Shown: positions 26,636 through 36,309 of the stretch, piece by piece
How the letters are laid out: each line of letters starts with the position of its first letter
How positions within the stretch are numbered: position 1 is the stretch's first letter
Assembly (NCBI GenBank): GCA_902512655.1
Contig: CABXJR010000002.1
Span: forward strand, 66,867-130,866
Direction of reading: 5' to 3'
From: an uncultured SAR86 cluster bacterium
GTDB taxonomy: Bacteria; Pseudomonadota; Gammaproteobacteria; Magnimaribacterales; D2472
Length of the DNA: 64,000 bases
The notes under the pieces: model-generated
What the model was told of the DNA's origin: nothing
Seen by the model: only the letters and a program-made list of their open reading frames with translations
The model's database searches: none
Position numbers and translations under genes: made by a program

Positions 26636-29600
26636 CTAAAATTGTAGATTTTGCTTTATCAAAAGCAAGAACTACCCTTGCCCTAGCTTTACTTGTTATT
26701 GTTGCTGGATCGATCGCACGATCTTCTCTTGGCGTGGCATCTGATCCAAACATCCAATTACCTCTAGTTAGCGTATCAGTATTTTTAGACGGCGCTTCTC
26801 CAGAAGATGCCTCAAGACTAATTGCGAGACCTTTAGAAACTAGATTGAGAAGCGTTCCTGGTGTAAAAGAGCTCTCCTCATCGGCTAGATTAAGTTACGC
26901 GCGAATAGTTGCAGAGTTCGAGGTCGGCTACAGCATAGATACGGCTCTAAGAGATATTAAGCAAGCAGTGGAGGAAGTTAAATTTGAGCTTCCAAGAGAA
27001 GCAGAAGACCCTCAAATCAGAGAATATTCCTTTGCTATGTTTCCAGTGATGAATTTAAGTCTTATTGGGTCAGCGTCATTAAGACAAAAAGTGTTCATAG
27101 CAAGAGAGCTTCAAGATAAATTGGAATCTATCGGCGAAGTGCTTGCCGCAGATCTTGAGGGAGTTCCGCAAGAGGTTCTTGTCGGAATTATAGATAAATC
27201 CAAAATGGAAACCTATGGAATTACCTTAAACCAACTCTATAACGCTATTTCAAGCAATAATTTGATTATCCCAGGTGGAGCTCAAGATACGGGCTCAGGC
27301 AAGTTTAATATCGAAGTGCCGGGAATCTTCGAAACTGCAGAAGATGTTTACAACATTCCAATTAAAGTTAGTCGCGATGCAGTTGTAACCTTAAGCGATA
27401 TTGGGGAAATTAAAAGAACGTTTAAAGATTACTCTTCTTTTGCAAAAGTTAATGGTGAGGATGCAATAACACTTGAAATTAGAATTAGAGTAGGTGCAAA
27501 TGCAATTGATGCTAAAACCGAAATTTTAAAAGTAGTGTCTAACTTTCAAGAAACCTTGCCCCCCAATCTTTCGATAGTAAAAACGAATGATGAAACTGTC
27601 TGGGCAGAAATGATGATTTCGGAACTGGAAGGAAATATTATTACAGCCATTTTCTTAGTTATGGTATTAGTTATTGCAAGCATGGGAGTAAGGGTTGGAA
27701 TGTTGGTTGGTCTCTCGATCCCTTTTTGTTTTCTCTTAACTTTTATTATTTTAAAAGTTGTAGGAATTGAGTTTAACTTTCTAGTTATGATGGGACTTCT
27801 TCTTGGGTTGGGAATGTTGATCGATGGTTCAATAGTAGTAACTGAGTATGCCGATAGAAAAATTTCTGAGGGTTTAAATAGACTTGAGGCATATCGACTG
27901 GCCTCTAAAAGAATGTTTTATCCGATTCTTTCATCTACAGCCACCACCATTGCGGCTTTTATACCTTTAATTTTTTGGCCAGGATTTACTGGTCAATTTA
28001 TGCGCTATCTTCCTGTAACAGTTTTTATTGTTTTAACTGCATCTCTTGTTTACGCAATGATAGTAACTCCTGTCATAGGTTCAATATTTGGACAAAGAAG
28101 ATCTACTTTAGTATCTGGTGAAAACGAACAAACCGGGGAAATTGTATTCGATAAGATTTCTACTTTTTATGGAAAATGGGTAAAAACATTTGTTAAAAAT
28201 CCTGGCGAAACACTAATTGCCGTGCTCATGCTTCTTTGGTTCTTTGGATATGCTATGTATGGAAACTTTGGCAAAGGCACCATTTATTTTGCTGACGTGG
28301 ATCCTTTTGCAGCGCAAATAAATATTCGAGCTCGAGGGAACTTCTCAGCACTTGAGTCGAAAGAGATTATGGAAAAAGTTGAGTCTTCCATCTCTCAAGT
28401 GCGTGGCGTTGAAAATCTATATCTTACAACTGGCTCACAATGGTTTAACTCAGGAGGAGACACCATGTCTAGGGGCTTTCTTGAAGTAGGAATGACAAAT
28501 GATGGAGAGTTAACCGGAGATGAGATTATTAAAAATGTTGAAGCAGCTGTTTCTAACCTACCAGGAATCATTGTTGAAATTACTCCAGAAGAAGGAGGTC
28601 CTGGCTTTAGCTCACCTATAGAACTCGGTATTTTTGGAAACAATGAAGATCAGGTTGCGCAAACAACCCAAAGAATTGAAAAATATTTGCAAGAGGATGT
28701 CGTCGGGCTTACCAATATAAATACAACACTGCCTCACCCATTAATTGAGTGGAAGGTTGAAGTAGACAAACAAAAAGCTGCTCAACTTGGTGTGAGCATG
28801 ATGGATATAGGTGCATTAGTTCAAATGCTAACCAATGGTTTCAAGGTTGGAGAGTACAGGCCAGATGATTCAAAAGATGAAATTGAAATCAGAGCAAGAT
28901 TTGATACTGAACTTAGATCATTGAGTGGCATAAAAGATCTTAAGGTGAATTCAATTAATGGGCTTATTCCAATCAGTACCTTTATAAAGCTAGTGCCTGC
29001 ACCAAACCGTCAATCTGTTGTAAGAAGGAATGGTAAATTTTTCCATGAGATAGGAATTGCGACTGATACTGGATATCTTGTATCTGATAAAGTAACTGAA
29101 ATCGGAGCTTGGCTAGAAACTCAAGACTTTGGCTCTGATATTTCAACTCAATTTAGGGGCCAACAAGAAGAAACCGAGGAAGTCACAGCATTTTTAAGCG
29201 GCGCAGCCATTACTGCTCTGGCTCTCATGCTAATCTTACTAGTAACTCAATTTAATAGCTTTTATCAATCAATACTCGTATTAAGTGCGGTATTTATGTC
29301 GGTGGTAGGTGTTTTAATAGGCTTGATGATCATGGGTAAGCCATTTAGCACCACGATGAATGGAATTGCAATTGTTGCGTTGTCAGGAATAGTTGTAAAT
29401 AATAATATTGTTCTTATTGATACTTTTAATAGATTAATTGGAGAGTTCCCAAATCTTTCAAAAGAAGACGTGATTATGAAAGCTTGCAAGCAGCGTCTTA
29501 GACCGATTCTATTAACAACCACAACAACCATCTTTGGTCTTCTTCCGCTTGCTGTTGGTGTAAGCATTGACGTATTGTCTAGAGAAATATTAATAGGCAG

Positions 29601-29763
29601 TCGTGTTGTAGAGTGGTGGACATTATTAGCCTCATCAATCGTTTTTGGACTCTCATTTAGCACAGTGTTAACCTTAATTTTTACCCCAGCCGCACTAATA
29701 CTTCCATCAAGAATCAAAGCATGGCTTCAAAATAGATTTGGTCTATTTAAAACAGCAAGTTAA
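26632..29763 (+). CDS. RND efflux transporter permease (AcrB/HAE family)
   Basis: 1043 aa. It shows the typical pseudo-duplicated layout: TM1, large periplasmic loop, TM2-6, then repeat. Segments GLLLGLGMLIDGSIVVTE and ALSGIVVNNNIVLID fit the family. No outer-membrane factor gene is adjacent. Confidence 0.92.
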   Translation: MTKIVDFALSKARTTLALALLVIVAGSIARSSLGVASDPNIQLPLVSVSVFLDGASPEDASRLIARPLETRLRSVPGVKELSSSARLSYARIVAEFEVGYSIDTALRDIKQAVEEVKFELPREAEDPQIREYSFAMFPVMNLSLIGSASLRQKVFIARELQDKLESIGEVLAADLEGVPQEVLVGIIDKSKMETYGITLNQLYNAISSNNLIIPGGAQDTGSGKFNIEVPGIFETAEDVYNIPIKVSRDAVVTLSDIGEIKRTFKDYSSFAKVNGEDAITLEIRIRVGANAIDAKTEILKVVSNFQETLPPNLSIVKTNDETVWAEMMISELEGNIITAIFLVMVLVIASMGVRVGMLVGLSIPFCFLLTFIILKVVGIEFNFLVMMGLLLGLGMLIDGSIVVTEYADRKISEGLNRLEAYRLASKRMFYPILSSTATTIAAFIPLIFWPGFTGQFMRYLPVTVFIVLTASLVYAMIVTPVIGSIFGQRRSTLVSGENEQTGEIVFDKISTFYGKWVKTFVKNPGETLIAVLMLLWFFGYAMYGNFGKGTIYFADVDPFAAQINIRARGNFSALESKEIMEKVESSISQVRGVENLYLTTGSQWFNSGGDTMSRGFLEVGMTNDGELTGDEIIKNVEAAVSNLPGIIVEITPEEGGPGFSSPIELGIFGNNEDQVAQTTQRIEKYLQEDVVGLTNINTTLPHPLIEWKVEVDKQKAAQLGVSMMDIGALVQMLTNGFKVGEYRPDDSKDEIEIRARFDTELRSLSGIKDLKVNSINGLIPISTFIKLVPAPNRQSVVRRNGKFFHEIGIATDTGYLVSDKVTEIGAWLETQDFGSDISTQFRGQQEETEEVTAFLSGAAITALALMLILLVTQFNSFYQSILVLSAVFMSVVGVLIGLMIMGKPFSTTMNGIAIVALSGIVVNNNIVLIDTFNRLIGEFPNLSKEDVIMKACKQRLRPILLTTTTTIFGLLPLAVGVSIDVLSREILIGSRVVEWWTLLASSIVFGLSFSTVLTLIFTPAALILPSRIKAWLQNRFGLFKTAS

Positions 29764-29797
29764 GTGCTCAAAAAAATAGCATCGGTTACAATAAAGC

Positions 29798-30016
29798 ATG
29801 ACAAAAAAAGATACAGTAAATTTTGAATCATCTCTAAAAAAACTTGAGCAAATTGTTGCCAAGCTTGAAGACGGAGACATCAGCTTAGAAGATAGTGTTA
29901 AGTCTTTTGAAGAAGGAATTGGTTTGGTTAAGGAATGTCAGAAACAGCTTTCTGTAGCTGAGTTAAAAGTAAAAAAACTTTTAGATAGTGGCGATTCAGT
30001 AGATCTGGATAGCTAA
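29798..30016 (+). CDS. xseB: Exodeoxyribonuclease VII small subunit
   Basis: 72 aa. FESSLKKLEQIVAKLEDGDISLEDSVKSFEEG fits XseB. It lies in the canonical xseB-ispA-dxs order. Confidence 0.92.
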   Translation: MTKKDTVNFESSLKKLEQIVAKLEDGDISLEDSVKSFEEGIGLVKECQKQLSVAELKVKKLLDSGDSVDLDS

Positions 30017-30026
30017 GATTAGATCT

Positions 30027-30896
30027 ATGTCTTTAAGCTTTCTATCTGAATGCAAAGAGAAGGTATCCAATCGAATAGATGCCCTGGTTCCAGATACAAA
30101 CAAGATAGCTTCCTCCATGCGATATTCAGCTTTGGTCGATAGTAAATGTATACGAGCTGGATTAATTTTTGCTTCCGGTAATCTAAATAAAGAAATTTCT
30201 AATTCAGCATTAATTGATATGGCTGCTAGCATTGAGCTCATGCACACCTACTCTTTAATTCATGATGACCTGCCTTCAATGGATAATGATGAGATGAGAA
30301 GAGGGCAAGCTTCAAACCATATTAAATTTAATGAGGCTACAGCTATTTTAACTGGAGATGCGCTACAAGCTTTGGCTTATGAGAATATTGTTTCATCGCC
30401 TAACATAACTCAATCGCAAAAAATTTCATCAATCAAAGCCCTTTCAAGCGCATGCGGACACGAAGGCATGATTTTAGGCCAACAATATGATTTGGACGCT
30501 GAGAAAAATGAATACCATGATATTAAAAAAATTCATGAGCTGAAAACAGGAAGGTTGATCAGAGTTGCAATAACTATGCCTCATCTGGGAAATGAAAAAC
30601 AAAAAAACCAACTAATAGTTTTAGATGAGGTTGGTAAAGATCTTGGTCTTGCTTTTCAGATTATCGATGATGTGTTGGAGGCATCTTCAGATTCAAACAC
30701 ACTTGGGAAAAGCAATCAGTCAGACTTGGTGAATGAAAAACTAACCTATGTAAATACTTTTGGTAAACAACCATCCCTTGATCAAGCTCATGCTTTATCA
30801 GATGCATGTATTTCTAAATTAGAGAGTTCATTTCACAAAGATGAGGTTGTTGAGTTACTTGAATTGGCTAAATTTATGGTTGAAAGAAAAAGTTAA
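30027..30896 (+). CDS. ispA: (2E,6E)-farnesyl diphosphate synthase
   Basis: 289 aa. The first Asp-rich motif is LIHDDLPSMDNDEMRRG and the second is FQIIDDVLE. Confidence 0.93.
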   Translation: MSLSFLSECKEKVSNRIDALVPDTNKIASSMRYSALVDSKCIRAGLIFASGNLNKEISNSALIDMAASIELMHTYSLIHDDLPSMDNDEMRRGQASNHIKFNEATAILTGDALQALAYENIVSSPNITQSQKISSIKALSSACGHEGMILGQQYDLDAEKNEYHDIKKIHELKTGRLIRVAITMPHLGNEKQKNQLIVLDEVGKDLGLAFQIIDDVLEASSDSNTLGKSNQSDLVNEKLTYVNTFGKQPSLDQAHALSDACISKLESSFHKDEVVELLELAKFMVERKS

Positions 30897-30897
30897 G

Positions 30898-32766
30898 ATG
30901 AAAATATTCTCTGAAATTCCATCAAAGCCTCCTAAAACACCTATTTTAGATAAGATAAATTTACCTGAGGATATAAAAAATTTAACTGCCGTAGAACTCA
31001 AAACATTGGCTGATGATGTTCGAGCTCATATGCTATACAGTGTTGGTCAGAGCGGCGGTCATCTTGGTGGAGGCCTAGGAGTAGTAGAGCTAACAATTGT
31101 CTTGCAGTACCTATACGATACACCTGATGACAAAATAATTTGGGATGTAGGTCACCAAGCCTATCCTCATAAAATCCTAACTGGAAGAAAAGATGCTCTT
31201 ACTTCAATTCGTCATAAAGATGGATTAGCTCCATTTCCAAATCGAGAAGAGAGCCCATATGATGCTTTTGGAGTTGGTCACTCCAGCACATCAATTAGTG
31301 CTGCACTTGGCATGGCGATCGCAAGTCATGATACAAATAAAAAAGTTGTTGCCGTTATTGGTGATGGAGCTATGACAGCCGGAATGGCATTCGAAGGTTT
31401 GGCTCATACGGGCCATATTAAACCAAATATGTTAATCATTCTGAATGATAATGACATGTCTATCTCAGAAAATGTTGGTGGACTAAATAATTATTTTTCA
31501 AGAATTTGGGCATCAAAGGTCTACAAAGGAATAAGAAAAAGTGGAAAAAGTTTTTTAGAAAATCTTCCTCAAGCTCATCACATAGCAAGAAAAGTTGAAA
31601 CTCAAATGAAAGCCATGGTTGCTCCGGGAAGCATCTTCGAAGAATTGGGTCTAAATTATATCGGCCCAATCGATGGTCATGACATTAATGAATTGATGAC
31701 GGTTATAGGTAATTTAAAGGACTTCGATGGCCCACAGTTTTTACATGTAATTACAAAAAAAGGCGCTGGATTGGATCCCGCAGAAGCAGACAGAATAGGC
31801 TTTCATGCCATAGGAAAAATAAAGCCATTGGATGCATCCAAGAAAAAGAATGGACCGAAATATCAAGATGTTTTTGGACAATGGATTGTTGACATGGCCA
31901 ATGAAGATAAAGACTTAATGGCAATTACTCCTGCCATGCGTGAAGGCTCGGGGCTGGTAAATTTCAGCAGAGATTTTCCTGAAAGATTCTTTGATGTTGC
32001 TATTGCTGAACAGCATGCTGTGACTCTCGCTGCGGGAATGGCATGTGAAGAAAAAAAACCTGTTGTCGCAATCTATTCAACCTTTCTTCAGCGAGCTTAT
32101 GATCAATTAATCCATGATGTAGCATTGCAAAATCTTAATGTGTTGTTTGCAATTGACCGAGCTGGATTGGTTGGTGAGGATGGTCCCACTCACTCTGGTA
32201 ATTATGACCTTACATATCTTAGGTGCATTCCAAATATGATTGTTGCAGTACCAGCAGATGAAAATGAGGCAAGAAAATTACTAACCACTGGTTTTATGCA
32301 TAATGGTCCTGCTGCCGTAAGGTATCCAAGAGGTGGCGGAATTAACTCTTCCATAGAGCTTGAGCTAAGTCCTGTCGAAATTGGTAAAGGTAGAGTCATG
32401 AGCATCAAAAAATCAGACATGCTCATACTGAATTTTGGAGCATTGATAAAAACCGCAGAGGGGGCGGCTCAAGAACTAAATGCTACTTTATTAGATATGA
32501 GATTTGTTAAACCGTTAGATAAAGAATTAATTGCTAAACATTCTCATGATAAAAAAGTGATAGTCACTATCGAGGATGGAGCCATGTCTGGGGGTGCAGG
32601 CTCAGCAGTCAGTGAATGGGCTCAGGAGAATAAAATGAAACAGCAAATCATCATATGCGGTATCCCAGATCAATTTATTGAGCATGCAAGTCGAGCAGAG
32701 ATGCTTGAGATGGCTGGTCTGGATAAAAAAGGAATTCTGACTAAAGTAAAAGACTGCTTATCTTAA
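30898..32766 (+). CDS. dxs: 1-deoxy-D-xylulose-5-phosphate synthase
   Basis: It carries [13 protein letters not shown] and the TPP motif [13 protein letters not shown] chose ATG 30898, 1 nt after the ispA stop, over the track's 30841 because [27 protein letters not shown] matches the Dxs N-terminus. Confidence 0.95.
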   Translation: MKIFSEIPSKPPKTPILDKINLPEDIKNLTAVELKTLADDVRAHMLYSVGQSGGHLGGGLGVVELTIVLQYLYDTPDDKIIWDVGHQAYPHKILTGRKDALTSIRHKDGLAPFPNREESPYDAFGVGHSSTSISAALGMAIASHDTNKKVVAVIGDGAMTAGMAFEGLAHTGHIKPNMLIILNDNDMSISENVGGLNNYFSRIWASKVYKGIRKSGKSFLENLPQAHHIARKVETQMKAMVAPGSIFEELGLNYIGPIDGHDINELMTVIGNLKDFDGPQFLHVITKKGAGLDPAEADRIGFHAIGKIKPLDASKKKNGPKYQDVFGQWIVDMANEDKDLMAITPAMREGSGLVNFSRDFPERFFDVAIAEQHAVTLAAGMACEEKKPVVAIYSTFLQRAYDQLIHDVALQNLNVLFAIDRAGLVGEDGPTHSGNYDLTYLRCIPNMIVAVPADENEARKLLTTGFMHNGPAAVRYPRGGGINSSIELELSPVEIGKGRVMSIKKSDMLILNFGALIKTAEGAAQELNATLLDMRFVKPLDKELIAKHSHDKKVIVTIEDGAMSGGAGSAVSEWAQENKMKQQIIICGIPDQFIEHASRAEMLEMAGLDKKGILTKVKDCLS

Positions 32767-33342
32767 GTGTCCCATCTTATCTCTTTTGGTATCGAGATAG
32801 TTTTGATTCTTTTCATTGGCGCCTTCATGAAGAGAGGTCCTTTTCACAACCTTGATACCAACCTCTTCTAGGGCATCTACTTTTTTTGGATTATTTGTTA
32901 AGAGGTTTACTGAAGTAATATTAAAATGCTGCATTATATCCAAGCAAATATTATATTCTCTTAAATCAGCTGGAAAACCCAACAACTCATTAGCCTCAAC
33001 AGTATCGTGACCTTGATCTTGTAGAGCATATGCTCGGATTTTATTAACCAAGCCTATGCCTCTGCCCTCTTGTCTTAAATATAAGAGAATCCCAGATTTA
33101 TTTTCAGCTAACATTTTTAGTGCTGATTGTAATTGAGGGCCACAATCACACCTTAGGCTATGCAAAGCGTCTCCAGTTAAACATTCAGAATGAACCCTAC
33201 ACATAACCGCATCTTGATTATGAATATTACCAATGGTTAACGCTATATGATCTTTACCATTGGGTTCTTCAAAGGCTGAAATAGTAAAATCACCAAACTT
33301 TGTCGGCAATGCGGATTCAGATACAAACTTGCAACTATTCAA
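32758..33342 (-). CDS. ribA: GTP cyclohydrolase II
   Basis: 194 aa. The zinc/catalytic motifs [10 protein letters not shown] and LRCDCGPQ are intact. Confidence 0.93.
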   Translation of the reverse strand: MNSCKFVSESALPTKFGDFTISAFEEPNGKDHIALTIGNIHNQDAVMCRVHSECLTGDALHSLRCDCGPQLQSALKMLAENKSGILLYLRQEGRGIGLVNKIRAYALQDQGHDTVEANELLGFPADLREYNICLDIMQHFNITSVNLLTNNPKKVDALEEVGIKVVKRTSLHEGANEKNQNYLDTKRDKMGHLR

Positions 33343-33347
33343 TGGAT

Positions 33348-33809
33348 TTAAATTAGGATTAAAATTGTATAAATTATACCACCAGCAAATAATCCTGCTA
33401 TTAAATCATCAAGAAGAATACCAAGACCTCCTTGTATATTTTTGTCTGCCCAAGAAATTGGCCAAGGCTTCCAAATATCAAATAATCTAAAAAGTAAAAA
33501 AGCGCATAGATAGGTCACGATTCCATGAGAAACAAAAGATACAGTTACAAACATTCCTGCTACTTCATCAATCACAATTGCTGAGTGATCCTTGGAATCA
33601 CTGTCTTTTGCTGCTTGAGAACAAACCAGCCAAGAAAATAAGATAAAGATTGGTAAAATGATATGAGTTGTTGAGTGTAAAAACTCTGCGAAGTACCAAA
33701 TGAGTATAGCGGCTAAACTCCCCCAAGTCCCAGGCGCTGGTCGCAATAAACCTACCCCAAACCATGTAGCAAAAAGATGGGAAGGTTTTTTTAAATTGGG
33801 AAAATCCAT
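33348..33809 (-). CDS. pgpA: Phosphatidylglycerophosphatase A
   Basis: 153 aa, a membrane protein. TWGSLAAI...IDEVAGM...DIWKPWPI...[13 protein letters not shown] is the PgpA pattern. It follows thiL, as in the usual arrangement. Confidence 0.9.
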   Translation of the reverse strand: MDFPNLKKPSHLFATWFGVGLLRPAPGTWGSLAAILIWYFAEFLHSTTHIILPIFILFSWLVCSQAAKDSDSKDHSAIVIDEVAGMFVTVSFVSHGIVTYLCAFLLFRLFDIWKPWPISWADKNIQGGLGILLDDLIAGLFAGGIIYTILILI

Positions 33810-33810
33810 C

Positions 33811-34770
33811 CTACTGAAAATGATCCCAATTTTTTATTGAACCCTTATTATTAGTTAGTATTAATTTTTTACCGCCCATAACGCCAATAGTATGACATTT
33901 TTTTTTGCTGGAATTGAGTTTAGCTTGAAGAGATAATAATTTTTTTGGAGGTACTGTAAATAACAGTTGATAGTCATCTCCAAATTCTAAGCATTGCTTG
34001 GTATATTGTTTATCAGCTACAGGCACTTGATCTAAATCAAGATTACATCCAACTCCTGAACTTAAAGTTAAATGAGAAAGATCTTGAACAATTCCATCAG
34101 AGATATCGATAGCAGAAGACGCAATGTTCGCAATCATTCGTCCATAGGTTATCTGCGCAGAAGGAAATAAATAAGGTTTTGTTTTACTATTTAGTTCGCC
34201 ACTTCTTTTGTATTCTTTCAACCCAATATATCCAAATCCTAGAGCGCCAGATAAACATAATAGATCGCCAGATTGAGCGTTAGATCTCAACAAGGTTTTT
34301 TTCTCCGGTTTGCCCAATACTGTTACGCTGATCTGCAAAGGACCTTTTGCTAGATCTCCACCAATCAATGGAAACTTAAATTCCTTAGAAATTTTTTGCA
34401 GCCCTTTTTTGAAAGCTTTCATCCAGTCTGAATTAAAGTTTGGCATTACCAAAGAAAGACTAAAGGCTACTGGGTTACCACCCATTGCTGCTATATCACT
34501 TAATGCGGTTGCAACAGATCTATACGCAATTGATTCCGCAGGCATAGATTTTAAAAAATGCACGCCAGCTACAGAAGTATCGGTGCTGATGAGTAATTTT
34601 GAATTGGCTGCAATTACAGCACAGTCATCGCCACCTGCAAGATTAATTCCATTGGTTGTAAAATAAGAAGCACCTATGCCTGATAGGTACTTCTTAATGA
34701 TTGAGAATTCTGAACTTATATTAACTTGGGTATCTTTCAAATAAGCCAGTTGCGCCCATTCCACCACCAA
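33811..34770 (-). CDS. thiL: Thiamine-monophosphate kinase
   Basis: It carries SEFSIIKKYL...GGDDCAVI...STDTSVAGVHF, the AIR-synthase-like ThiL pattern. ATG 34770 overlaps the thiolase 3' end by 50 nt. An internal TTG at 34740 is an alternative start. Confidence 0.88.
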   Translation of the reverse strand: MVVEWAQLAYLKDTQVNISSEFSIIKKYLSGIGASYFTTNGINLAGGDDCAVIAANSKLLISTDTSVAGVHFLKSMPAESIAYRSVATALSDIAAMGGNPVAFSLSLVMPNFNSDWMKAFKKGLQKISKEFKFPLIGGDLAKGPLQISVTVLGKPEKKTLLRSNAQSGDLLCLSGALGFGYIGLKEYKRSGELNSKTKPYLFPSAQITYGRMIANIASSAIDISDGIVQDLSHLTLSSGVGCNLDLDQVPVADKQYTKQCLEFGDDYQLLFTVPPKKLLSLQAKLNSSKKKCHTIGVMGGKKLILTNNKGSIKNWDHFQ

Positions 34771-35914
34771 CGCACATGGTTACAATACCAAATTGCTTAT
34801 CTTGGTTGTTTAGCTCGCGAACAATATGGCCAACTTGTCTGGATCCTGTCATGCCAAAGGGATGTCCAATTGAAATTGAACCACCATTTACATTAAGTTT
34901 ATCCATTGAGATGCCTAGTTGATCACGACAATATGCAACTTGAACTGCAAAAGCTTCATTCAGCTCCCAAAGATCAATATCATCAACGCTCATGTTATGA
35001 GATTTTAAAAGTTTAGGTACAGAAAATACTGGTCCGATTCCCATTTCATCTGGTTCACAGCCCATTGTTGTAAACCCTCTAAAGTAAGCCATTGGTTTTA
35101 AGCCCAGCTCAAGAGCTTTTTCTTCGCTCATGACGAGCGTTACTGAAGCGCCATCTGAAAGCTGAGAAGAGTTACCAGCAGTAACTGAACCATTCTCAGG
35201 ATCAAAGACTGGCTTCAATGCTGCCAAACCTTCTAAAGTTGTTCCAGGTCTATTGCACTCATCTTTGTCTACTGTGCAATCAACTTCTTTAGATTCACCA
35301 GTTTCTTTGTTCATCAGCATCATCTTTGTATCCATTGGAATGATCTCATCAACAAACTTACCGGCTTCCTGTGCGGCTGCTGTTCTTCTTTGGCTTTCAA
35401 AAGCGATTTCATCTTGAGCCTCTCTTGAAACGTTGTATCTGTTAGCAACACATTCAGCAGTAATTCCCATTGGGTGGTAAATACCAGGATGACTCTCAGC
35501 TAACTTTTCATTAACAAAACCATCCATATTTTGCTTGCCTGAAAGCATGGTGATCTGCTCTACACCCCCAGCAATAACTGTGTCATAACACCCTGCCATC
35601 ACCTGACTTGCAGCCATGGAAATTGATTGTAATCCAGAAGAGCAATAACGATTAACAGTTGTACCACCTACTGTGAGTGGAAGGTTAGATAAGACCGCAG
35701 CATTTCGACCAATATTATGCCCCATTGCGCCTTCAGGATTTCCACAACCCATAATGACATCTTCAACCACTTCAGGTGACAAATTGGGATTTCTATCCAA
35801 CATAGCATTAATAATGTGAGCCAACATGTCGTCTGGACGAGTCATGTTGAAGCCTCCGCGATGTGATTTAGCAAGACCAGTTCTTACGCTATCGACGATA
35901 ACCGCTGTTTTCAT
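34721..35914 (-). CDS. Acetyl-CoA C-acyltransferase (3-ketoacyl-CoA thiolase)
   Basis: 397 aa. It has the active-site Cys (NRYCSSGLQSI), then NGGSISIGHPFGMTG and CVGGGMG. Confidence 0.92.
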   Translation of the reverse strand: MKTAVIVDSVRTGLAKSHRGGFNMTRPDDMLAHIINAMLDRNPNLSPEVVEDVIMGCGNPEGAMGHNIGRNAAVLSNLPLTVGGTTVNRYCSSGLQSISMAASQVMAGCYDTVIAGGVEQITMLSGKQNMDGFVNEKLAESHPGIYHPMGITAECVANRYNVSREAQDEIAFESQRRTAAAQEAGKFVDEIIPMDTKMMLMNKETGESKEVDCTVDKDECNRPGTTLEGLAALKPVFDPENGSVTAGNSSQLSDGASVTLVMSEEKALELGLKPMAYFRGFTTMGCEPDEMGIGPVFSVPKLLKSHNMSVDDIDLWELNEAFAVQVAYCRDQLGISMDKLNVNGGSISIGHPFGMTGSRQVGHIVRELNNQDKQFGIVTMCVGGGMGATGLFERYPS

Positions 35915-35940
35915 GTTTATACTCCAAAATTAGTAACGAG

Positions 35941-36258
35941 TTATTCTAAACGATCGTCGTCATTACTTAAAGACTTATACCAATTTGGAATTAAATCAAT
36001 ATTTAACTCTTTAGCTTTGGTAAAAATGTATGGAAGAGTAATTGGACTAAAAGGAAGGATTAGCAAAATACCTAAACCTAAATTCTTTAAGATTTGACGT
36101 AGCTGAGAATTAGCTATATCTAATTCATGCTCAGTTACTGACCCCTCAACAAAGCGAATGTAGGTATCAAGCATTTTTTTGTTTTCACGATTTTCTTCCA
36201 GAAAGCTCTCTTGGAGTTTTGCGAGGATCCTGTTAAAACGTTTTGTAAATATTTTCAT
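35941..36258 (-). CDS. Small hypothetical membrane protein (about 105 aa)
   Basis: It has an ATG at 36258 (the track uses TTG 36261). One hydrophobic segment, LGLGILLILPFSPITLPYIF, faintly resembles the LETM1 TM/LPF region. No SD is visible, and the start lies 2 nt after the terminator U-tract. Confidence 0.4.
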   Translation of the reverse strand: MKIFTKRFNRILAKLQESFLEENRENKKMLDTYIRFVEGSVTEHELDIANSQLRQILKNLGLGILLILPFSPITLPYIFTKAKELNIDLIPNWYKSLSNDDDRLE

Positions 36259-36259
36259 C

Positions 36260-36289
36260 AAAAAAAAGCCCGGAAATAATCCGGGCTTT
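36260..36289 (-). terminator. Rho-independent terminator downstream of the TonB-dependent receptor gene
   Basis: The minus strand reads AAAGCCCGGA-ttatt-TCCGGGCTTT followed by a T-run (8 T in total, counting the stem). It forms a GC-rich stem (7 bp up to the start of the T-run, 10 bp if the first three T pair) with a 5-nt loop, 21 nt after the TBDR stop. Confidence 0.85.
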
Positions 36290-36309
36290 ATTATATCTAA
36301 AATGAAAGA

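Noticed and set aside
30841-30897. A 19-codon N-terminal extension of dxs, as given in the ORF track
   Set aside because: It would overlap the ispA 3' end by 56 nt. The ATG at 30898 gives the conserved Dxs N-terminus immediately after the ispA stop.
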